From positions 608,001-672,000 of the forward strand of contig CAWGMQ010000003.1 of NCBI GenBank assembly GCA_963823665.1: DNA of 64,000 bases. The letters run 5' to 3'. Below are positions 56,380-64,000 of this stretch, one piece after another; within the stretch, counting starts at the first letter, position 1; each line of letters opens with the position of its first letter. This stretch comes from an uncultured Planctomycetota bacterium. GTDB lineage: Bacteria; Planctomycetota; Planctomycetia; Isosphaerales; Isosphaeraceae. Both the position numbers and the translations under genes were made by a program. Below the pieces are notes generated by a model, which made no database searches, was not told the DNA's origin, and saw only the letters and a program-made list of their open reading frames with translations.

Positions 56380-57540
56380 TCAGCTCCTCATCAGCGTCGC
56401 CGATCGGAGATCGCCGATCGTCGGATACCCGTCGATCGCCATGAGCAGATCGGCCTCGGCGAGCAGGCACCGTAGAACGTGGACGATTCCATCGGTGCCA
56501 TCGAGGGCCAGGCCCCAGGCATACGGGCGGCCGATACCAACGGCCGTGGCGCCGAAGGCGAGTGCCTTCAGGATGTCGGAGCCGGTCCGGACGCCGGAAT
56601 CGAACAGCACCGGGGTTTTCCCGGCCGCCTCCACGACGGCGGGCAGCATGTCGAGGCAGGCGATGCCGCCATTGGCCTGACGGCCTCCATGGGTGGAGCA
56701 ATAGATGCCGTCCACTCCCCCGTCGACGGCGCGGCCGACGTCGTCGGGGTGACAGATTCCCTTCAGGAGCAGCGGTCGCTTCGTGAGAGACCGCAGCCAG
56801 GGCAAATCCGCCCAGGTGAGTCTCGCCCCGAACAGCTCGCTCCAGAGCCTGACCGCCGGGGCCGGATCCTCCTCCGGGGGTTTGGCAAGCCGAGAGCGGA
56901 AGACCGGGTCGGAGAAATAGTTGGCGAGGCAGTAGCCCCGTAACTGCGGGAAGCTGGAGCGCGTAAGGTCGCGAGGCCGCCAGCCAGCGACCCACGTATC
57001 GAGGGTCACGACAATCCCCTTGAAGCCGGCAGCCTCCGCGCGATGAACGAAGCTTTCGGCAATGCCCCGGTCATCCGGGGTATAGAGTTGGAAGAAGCCG
57101 GGCGTGTCGCCAAATTCCGGGGTGATAGCCTCGAGCGGATCGACGGTTAGCGTCGAGGCCACCATCGGCACTCCCGTCCTGGCGGCGGCCCTTGCTACGG
57201 CCAGGTCGCCATGTCCATCCTGGGCGCAGATGCCGATGACCCCAATCGGTGCCAGGAAGATCGGGGTCGATAGCTTCATGCCGAAGAGTTCGATCGACAT
57301 GTCCCGTTTGGAGCCATCGACCAACATCCGCGGGACCAGCCCCCATTTGCGGAACGCCGCGACGTTCTGGTCCTGCGTCTGCTCGTCGCCGCAGCCCCCC
57401 TGGACGTACGAGGCGATCGTATCCGGCCAGGCCGCGACCGCCTTCTTCTCGAGTGTTGCGATATCGATCGGGAGCTTGGGGACGACGCCCTGCAATCCGG
57501 CTGCGTAAATCTCGTCCTCGTATTGGCCGAAGAACTTCAC
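56380..57540 (-). CDS. FMN-dependent alpha-hydroxy-acid oxidase (lactate 2-monooxygenase-like)
   Basis: APIG, FFQLY, VVTLDT, LKGI, STHGGRQ, DSGVRTG and GRPY; GTG start after GGAGG. Confidence 0.92.
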   Translation of the reverse strand: MKFFGQYEDEIYAAGLQGVVPKLPIDIATLEKKAVAAWPDTIASYVQGGCGDEQTQDQNVAAFRKWGLVPRMLVDGSKRDMSIELFGMKLSTPIFLAPIGVIGICAQDGHGDLAVARAAARTGVPMVASTLTVDPLEAITPEFGDTPGFFQLYTPDDRGIAESFVHRAEAAGFKGIVVTLDTWVAGWRPRDLTRSSFPQLRGYCLANYFSDPVFRSRLAKPPEEDPAPAVRLWSELFGARLTWADLPWLRSLTKRPLLLKGICHPDDVGRAVDGGVDGIYCSTHGGRQANGGIACLDMLPAVVEAAGKTPVLFDSGVRTGSDILKALAFGATAVGIGRPYAWGLALDGTDGIVHVLRCLLAEADLLMAIDGYPTIGDLRSATLMRS

Positions 57541-57885
57541 GGGTGTCCTCCGATGGCGTTTGTTTTTGATGGTTCGAGGGACCGCATCCATTCTGGTTTG
57601 CATGATCCGCGCACCGTGACTGCCGGATCCTCCCAGAACCCTTTGGTCTCGGAGAATTTTACCGGTGGGGCCAGGCGGACCAGCTCGCCATAGGGAGTGT
57701 TCGCGATGATCGTGTCCGGTTTCAGGAGCTGGTGTTCTTCCCCGACGGCTTGGATCGCATCACGCTCCAACACACCAATTGACATGAACCACATCGCGCA
57801 TCGGGTCAGGTTGACCCGGACATGATAGCTACCGCCTTTTTTCGCGCGGCGGATCAGCGCTGCCTGAATCCCCGCTGCGCCGACA
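57537..57885 (-). pseudogene. C-terminal remnant of a further CoA-transferase-like gene
   Basis: GAAGIQAALIRRAKKGGSYHVRVNLTR...TPYGEL.RLAPPV; no N-terminal part. Confidence 0.6.
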
Positions 57886-59543
57886 CTAATCATCCGCGTA
57901 CAGGGCCTCAAGACGCTGATTGGCCGCGGTGAGTCCCGCCGGATAGTCCGTCCTGCCGCCGACAACCTCGATGTAACACGCCGATTTCGCCGTGGAAGCC
58001 TTGGCCAGTGCGGCGTCAAGCTCACCAAGCGTGGCGACTTTGGCCGTGAACCAGCCCTGACAGCCCAGGGCGGCGGGCAGGGCGTGGTAGTTCCAAGGAG
58101 CGAGGTCGTTGTAGACCCAGTCCGGGTTCGCCTCGAGCGCCCGCTCGACCATGTAGCCGTCATTGTTGAGGACAAAGATGATCGGCTTCAGTCCATAGCG
58201 TCCCATGGTCCCGACGGCGGTGGCGGTCAACTGGTGCGAGCCTTCACCGGTGAAAAGCACGGTCCGTCTCGACGGGTCGGCCAGGGCGATTCCCAGTGTA
58301 GCCCCGGTAGCCCAGCCGATCGAGCCCCATAAGATTGCACTGTGCGTCTCCGCGCCTTGGGGAAGTGGGAGCGGAAAAATCCCCGAGCTCGAGCTGCCGC
58401 TTTCGAGGACAATTCGATCCATCGGCTTGAAAAAGTCTCGATAACGGGGATACAGTTCCGCCGCGGTGATCGGGTCGTCAGGCTTGCCGCCCGGCTTCGC
58501 CCCAGCCTGCGGACGCGGCGCTCTATATCCGAAGTTCTTGCGAACCGACCTGGCTAGCATGTCGAGGACATCGCCCATTCGGACAGGATTATAGATTCGG
58601 TTCCCGATGCGGACATGGTCGACGTCGACGGTCACAAGCTTCTCGGCGCGAGCTGGCTCGAATAGGCGCCCGTGTTGATCTCGTTAAAATTGACGCCGCC
58701 AGCGTCGATGACCAGGTCGGCAACTTCGATTGCTTCGAGGAGGTGGGAGGACGAACCTGCTCCGGAATAGGTGCCAGCGAATTGGGGGTGCGTTTCCGAG
58801 AGGACTCCCTTCTCCATCGGCATCACGGCAAACGAGCAGCCCAGTGTCTCGATCAGCGCCTGGAGCTTGTCCTGGAGCTTGAACCGCGAGACGGTGTAGG
58901 CGGGGAGGATGGCAACGGATCGGGCGGATTGAATCCGCTCGGCGATCGCTGCAACGGCCTTGGCCAGGTCGGGGCCGCTTGTGGGTTTTGGATAGACGGT
59001 CGCCTCGGTGGCCGTGACCGGGGTGACAGCGTAGTCGGAGGCCACGAGGATGTAGGCAGGGCGGCTCTCCGCCCGCGCCGTGGCGATCAGCCGCTCCATT
59101 TCGTGGACGCAGTTATCGGGAGTGATGACCGCCGAAACGCACGCTGCCTGCGCCGAGATGTTCGCGAAGTTCTGGAACACTCCATCCCCGAGCGTGTGGT
59201 GAATGATCTTACCAACCCGCTGGTTGCGCATGCTTGGCATGCCGACCAGGTGGAAGACACACGACCGCTCAGCCTTGGCCCCCATCACGCCGTTGAGCGC
59301 GGACAGCTCGCCGACGGCGTACGTGGTCGAAAGCAGCGAGCAGCCCCGTACGCGGGCGTAGCCGTCAGCCGCGTAGGCCGCGTCCAGCTCGTTGCAACAG
59401 CCGATCCAGCGGATCACCTCACTCCGCACCACTGCATCGTCGAGCTTGAAGGCAAAGTCACCCGCAACGCCGAAGCAGTCAGTGATCCCCTCACGTGCGA
59501 GCCGCTGGACGATGTAATCGGCGACAGTTGGTTGCTTACTCAT
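57886..59543 (-). CDS. ThDP-dependent 2-keto-acid decarboxylase (pyruvate/indolepyruvate type), frameshift near 58640
   Basis: FGVAGDF, CCNELDAAYAADGYAR, HHTLGDG, WGSIGWA and GEGS..NNDGY. Confidence 0.92.
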
Positions 59544-59786
59544 TGGATCTCTCCTTTCGTCTTTGAATAACGAAACGTGGGCTGAGGCTCACGCCGCTTT
59601 CATCATCACTAAGCGTGACAACGAGTCATTGGACATGATCCCCTCGGCTCACGCCGCCATCGATTCAGAGCAACGACTGTGAATGGCGGGAGCGCGCCGG
59701 GGGAGCCCCGCCCTGGACCTCTACCGACGGCCCCGCTCTCCAGGCCGAGCCCGGCGCCCGGCGAACCCAACAACATCGGCTTCGCA

Positions 59787-60290
59787 CTAGGTTTTGAAGA
59801 ATCCCGAAAAGCTCGAGGTCGCTCTGGGCTTGATGGAGGCGTTCCATGTGTTCAAGATCCCTGTCATTCCAACTTCGGGCACGTATTTGCCGGTCGCGGC
59901 GGCGACCACGATCGCGACGTTCTGCCTTGCATGCCCTCTTATCTTCGTGACAACGGCAGGGCTAAGGCTGAGTTGAATGCTCCCCCGGCTGTTGCTGAGG
60001 TAGACATCCCCACCCTGGAAAAGCTTGCCTGATACCGTCCCGGTGCCCGAACCTGTGAAGTGGTCCCTGCCGATCGTGCCTCTCAGGTTTGTAGTCACCA
60101 GCTCCGAGCCGCTCAGGAGCTGACTATGGCCTTTGAAGGAGGCAGGGATCGTTTTCTGGATCTGGCTCATCGGCACTTCGTGGGGATGGTGAGAGGCCAC
60201 GGCCACTCCCACACCGGCACTCAGTGCCAATCGGCCCTCGAGGGGCTCAAACCCCAACGAACGTTGGCGTTTTGAACGAATTCGCGTCAT
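59787..60290 (-). CDS. Small secreted protein with LEPRxLL-type leader
   Basis: MTRIRSKRQRSLGFEPLEGRLALS, then a G/T/S-rich beta-type domain; alternative start at 60305. Confidence 0.72.
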   Translation of the reverse strand: MTRIRSKRQRSLGFEPLEGRLALSAGVGVAVASHHPHEVPMSQIQKTIPASFKGHSQLLSGSELVTTNLRGTIGRDHFTGSGTGTVSGKLFQGGDVYLSNSRGSIQLSLSPAVVTKIRGHARQNVAIVVAAATGKYVPEVGMTGILNTWNASIKPRATSSFSGFFKT

Positions 60291-60471
60291 GATCGGTTGC
60301 TCCAAGAGAAAAAGGGTCTGTCCACTTCAGGCGCGGACGAACTATTTACCGGGACGATCGCGCCGTTTCGCTCCCGGCTATGGGTCTAGCCCGAACAGGT
60401 CGTTCAGAATGAGTCTTTCGCTGAGAATCTCGAATGAAATAGCCCATCCGAGGCAAGGGATTTCGGGGCGA

Positions 60472-62754
60472 TCACTCGAACCGGAGGGCTTCGATCGGAT
60501 CAAGTCTTGAGGCCTTCCACGCGGGGTAGAAGCCGAAAATCACTCCGACGGTGATCGAGACGGAGACGGATGCCAACACCGCAACAAACGAAGGCTCGGT
60601 TGGCCAGCGAGCCAGTAGACGGACGAGGACCGAGGCGCCACGGCCGGCCGTGATACCAACCGCTCCCCCGATCAGGCAGAGCACGACAGCCTCAACGAGG
60701 AACTGTCGGAGAATGTCGCGGGATCTAGCCCCCACCGCCATGCGCAGGCCGATTTCCCGGTAGCGCTCCGTCACCGTCAAGAGCATGATGTTCATGATCC
60801 CGATGCCGCCGACGAGCAGCGCGATCAGGGCAACGCAGAGGAGCAAGCCAGCGACGAGGCCGACGGTTCCCTTGACGGCGTGAACCACCGCGGTGAAGTC
60901 GCGAACGGCGAAATCGGCTGGCTCGCCCGGCGCGATTCGATGGCGTTCGCGCAGTACACGCGTGATCTGGTCCATCGCAGCCGGGATCTCATCGGTGGAT
61001 AATGCCCGGACCATGATCGAATCGACGCTCGAGAGACGCTCTAGCCGGGGGCTGTCGATCGACTGCATCGGTGCGGTGGTCGGAAACGGAGCGACATGCC
61101 GGCGCGGGTAGCGTCGGGCGGAGAGACCCTGCAATGCGGTGAGATCCGACCCGGGCGACTCCTTGGTTTCGCCCGACGAGGTTGCTCCTGCGCTCACACG
61201 AAACTTGACCGTCGTCCACGGTGCGACCAGCAGGTCGTCTTGATCCTCGCCAATGATATCGGCTCCCTTGCGTGAAAGGACGCCCACGACCCGCAGGGGC
61301 ACGTCGTTGACATAGACTTCCTGGCCGATTGCAGACTGCTCCTCAAACAGCTCGCGCGCGACCGTCTCGCCGAGCAAACACACCATCGCGACGTCATTGA
61401 CGTCCTGCTCGGTGAACGGCTCCCCTTGATCAAGATCTTCCCACTCCATGACGCGAAGGTATGCCGGAGTCGTTCCGACGAAGGTACTGGGGACCCAGTT
61501 CTTGTTCCCATGAACCGCTTGCTGGCGTGTGAACACCAGTGGTGCCAGGCTATCGACGCTCGGGCATTCGTGGAGGATCGTCTCCGCGTCTTCGGGCGTC
61601 AGGGTCTTGATGCTTCCGCTGCCCAGGCTGACTCCATTGCGCGACGCGGCACCGGCCTGGATCACGATGTTATCGACACCTGTCTTGGTCAAAAGTGCAC
61701 GAATCGCCGACCATGCCCCGTTGCCAATCTCGGCGATGGCGAGCAGCGATCCGACGCCGATGATAATGCCAAGCATTGTGAGAGCGGAGCGCATGGCGTT
61801 GCGCCTGAGTGAACGTAGAGCCGTCGCGGTCGTGCGGACAAGAAATCGCATATCGCCGCGCGCGGACCTTCGACGAGACGTCACTTTCGCGCCGTCGCGA
61901 CTGGGATCATCGGTCGGTGAGAGTACTCGGAAACCGGTAAGCGTCTCGCCGCTTTCTGCGCCCTCATGTCGCTTTGGTGTTTCGTCGACGAGGCATTCGT
62001 CGTCGAAGACGAGCCCGTCGCGAATTCGGATGACACGATCGGCGTGCGCGGCTACGTTTGGGTCGTGCGTCACGAGGATGACCGTTAACCCGTCTTCAGT
62101 GTTAAGCTGCCGGAAGAGACGCAGGATCTCCTCACCGGTCTTCGAGTCGAGGTTGCCCGTCGGCTCATCGGCAATCAAAAGTGAACAACTGTTCATAAGC
62201 GCGCGGGCGATCGCGACGCGTTGCTGCTCGCCGCCGGAGAGCCGTGAGGGCTCATGATCGATCCGAGCGCCCAGGCCGAGTCGCTCAAGGAGCGCCCGCG
62301 CTTGAGCGCGGCACTCATGTTCCGAGAAGCCATGGGACCCATAGACGGACGGCATCATCACGTTTTCGAGCGCAGTCATCCGAGGCAGGAGGTTGAAATT
62401 CTGAAAAACGAAGCCGATCTCTCTACTCCGCAGCCAGGCTCGCTCCGCTTCACCAAGATGGGTGACATTTTTGTGATTGAACCACTGCCGGCCGGACGTC
62501 GGACGATCGAGGAAGCCCAGGAGGTTGATCAGCGTCGTCTTCCCGGAACCCGAGACACCCATCAGCGCGACCATCTCGCGCCGCGCGATCGAGAGCGAGA
62601 CGCCCCTGAGCACGGGCACGTCGATCGCCCCGCGAGTGTAGACTTTGTGAATACTTTCCAACTTGATGATCGCTTCAGAGTCTCGATCAGTGCGGCACGG
62701 GTTGGGACAGCAGGTCGGCGTTCCTCGAACTGGGTACAAAGTCTGCACGATCAT
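60472..62754 (-). CDS. macB: MacB-family ABC transporter (ATPase-permease fusion)
   Basis: GVSGSGKTT, LSGGEQQRV, ADEPTGNLD, GGIGIMNIM and ASRLDPIEALRFE. Confidence 0.9.
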   Translation of the reverse strand: MIVQTLYPVRGTPTCCPNPCRTDRDSEAIIKLESIHKVYTRGAIDVPVLRGVSLSIARREMVALMGVSGSGKTTLINLLGFLDRPTSGRQWFNHKNVTHLGEAERAWLRSREIGFVFQNFNLLPRMTALENVMMPSVYGSHGFSEHECRAQARALLERLGLGARIDHEPSRLSGGEQQRVAIARALMNSCSLLIADEPTGNLDSKTGEEILRLFRQLNTEDGLTVILVTHDPNVAAHADRVIRIRDGLVFDDECLVDETPKRHEGAESGETLTGFRVLSPTDDPSRDGAKVTSRRRSARGDMRFLVRTTATALRSLRRNAMRSALTMLGIIIGVGSLLAIAEIGNGAWSAIRALLTKTGVDNIVIQAGAASRNGVSLGSGSIKTLTPEDAETILHECPSVDSLAPLVFTRQQAVHGNKNWVPSTFVGTTPAYLRVMEWEDLDQGEPFTEQDVNDVAMVCLLGETVARELFEEQSAIGQEVYVNDVPLRVVGVLSRKGADIIGEDQDDLLVAPWTTVKFRVSAGATSSGETKESPGSDLTALQGLSARRYPRRHVAPFPTTAPMQSIDSPRLERLSSVDSIMVRALSTDEIPAAMDQITRVLRERHRIAPGEPADFAVRDFTAVVHAVKGTVGLVAGLLLCVALIALLVGGIGIMNIMLLTVTERYREIGLRMAVGARSRDILRQFLVEAVVLCLIGGAVGITAGRGASVLVRLLARWPTEPSFVAVLASVSVSITVGVIFGFYPAWKASRLDPIEALRFE

Positions 62755-64000
62755 TGACTCTCACCTTTCTTTGGAGGCTCGCTCCAGGTGTGCGGCAATA
62801 TTGAAAGAGCATCGGAGTCGGAACCGATGCGGTTCGCACCGACGACAATTTCCACTCCGGCGGCAAGGTCGGCTCCGCTGACCTCGGTGACAAGACCGTC
62901 GGAAAGGCCAATGCGCGCCTTGATCGGCTTTACGAAGTCGCCCCGCAGCACCCAGAGGAGGCCGCTTCGTTCGTCGCCAGAGTGGTTGGCTTTCGGCGCG
63001 GCTTCTTCGTGCGACGGAAGCGGCCGGCGTTGTGCGAGCGCATATTCCTCGCGTGCCTCGGGTACGACATCCCGCACCAGCGGTTGCCAGCGGAGGGCGG
63101 CATTGGGCACCAGCAGCACGCCCTTCCGCCTTTCGACTTCGAACTGAAGCCGCGCCGTCAGGTACGGCAGGAGACGGCCGGCGGAGTTATCGACCGCCAC
63201 GACGACCGTATAGGTGACAACATTCTGCGTCATGCTCGCGTTCAGGCGAATCTGCGAGACCTTGCCCTCGAAGGTATCCCGTGGCAGGGCGCTGACGGTG
63301 AAAGTGACGGACTGTCCCTCGTGGATCGAGCCGATGTCGGTCTCGTTGACCGACGACCAGATCTCGAGGCGGCTCAGGTCCTTGGCAATCAAGAAGAGGC
63401 TCGGGGCATTCAGGCTGGCGATGACGACCTGACCGACGTTGATCCGGCGGTCGAGAACGATCCCCTTGACCGGGGACCGGATCGTCGTGTACCCGAGATT
63501 GACGGTGGCCTCTTCGAGATCTGCCCGGGCGACGGCTAGCGCACCTTGATTGACTGCCAACGTTGCTCTGGCCGATTCAAAGTTCGCCAGGGTCGTGTCG
63601 TATTCCTGAGCTGCGATCGTCTTTCGGTCCATGAGTTTACGACATCGATCGAGTTCGCGGTCGGCTTGCCTGAGCTTGGCCTGGGCTTGCTCGATGTCTG
63701 CCTCGGCCTTCGTGACCCGGCCGCGTGCCTGGTCGAGCCGTGCCTGGAACAGCGCGGAGTCGATGCGGGCCAGCACCGTGCCCGGCTCAACGCGCGAGCC
63801 GTAGCTGACGGTCTTGCTCGGGTCGAGAGGGTCGACGGCGAAGCTCTCGATCCTCCCGGCCACCTGGGCTCCGACGTCGACGACATCCTGGGGCTCGATC
63901 GTCCCGGTTGTGTTGATCGTCGATCCGACATCGCCTTGTCTGATGGTGACGGTACGATACGAAACGCGCTGGGTGCGAGCCTCGGCCCAGTACCAGACCC
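62751..64000 (-). CDS. MacA-like periplasmic adaptor (5' end beyond the window)
   Basis: TIRSPVKG, ASLNAPSLF, VNETDIG and NVVTYTVV; overlaps the macB start. Confidence 0.88.
   Translation of the reverse strand, partial: VWYWAEARTQRVSYRTVTIRQGDVGSTINTTGTIEPQDVVDVGAQVAGRIESFAVDPLDPSKTVSYGSRVEPGTVLARIDSALFQARLDQARGRVTKAEADIEQAQAKLRQADRELDRCRKLMDRKTIAAQEYDTTLANFESARATLAVNQGALAVARADLEEATVNLGYTTIRSPVKGIVLDRRINVGQVVIASLNAPSLFLIAKDLSRLEIWSSVNETDIGSIHEGQSVTFTVSALPRDTFEGKVSQIRLNASMTQNVVTYTVVVAVDNSAGRLLPYLTARLQFEVERRKGVLLVPNAALRWQPLVRDVVPEAREEYALAQRRPLPSHEEAAPKANHSGDERSGLLWVLRGDFVKPIKARIGLSDGLVTEVSGADLAAGVEIVVGANRIGSDSDALSILPHTWSEPPKKGESQ

Noticed and set aside
60319..60335. TGTCCACTTCAGGCGCG as a fourth motif copy
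   Set aside because: Only the left half matches and it points away from the adjacent gene.
1..64000. CRISPR array, rRNA, integrase, transposase, reverse transcriptase or defence genes
   Set aside because: No regularly spaced repeat-spacer pattern and no diagnostic motifs were seen in the sequence or the ORF track.

Overview
GC-rich bacterial DNA, most likely from a planctomycete (inferred from two LEPRxLL-type N-terminal motifs, planctomycete-type ECF sigma factors and expanded Ser/Thr kinase-TPR/WD40 genes). Left 10 kb: the 5' part of a giant secreted repeat protein, then an ECF sigma / WD40 Ser/Thr kinase pair. At about 12.8 kb two tandem degenerate tmRNA (ssrA) 3'-end fragments look like integration scars. 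To their right is a mostly minus-strand accessory region containing a GH15 hydrolase, efflux genes, three kinase-TPR genes interleaved with two ECF sigma factors (two kinases share a near-identical 1150-bp block), and a DUF1264/heme-c/cupredoxin/ALDH group. It continues with a ~13-kb operon (acyl-CoA catabolism, reversed RibA-RibB fusion, NDH-2, panB, cydAB), a 5'-truncated fourth kinase, a lactate-monooxygenase-like gene, a 2-keto-acid decarboxylase and MacAB. A 17-bp non-coding motif (TGTCCAC-N3-CCACGCT) lies in both divergent sigma/kinase intergenic regions and ahead of the 13-kb operon, which suggests an undescribed ECF-kinase regulon. Many genes carry single-base frameshifts, probably long-read errors, and there are many true gene fragments and deletion fusions. 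All family calls come from motif recognition; no searches were run.
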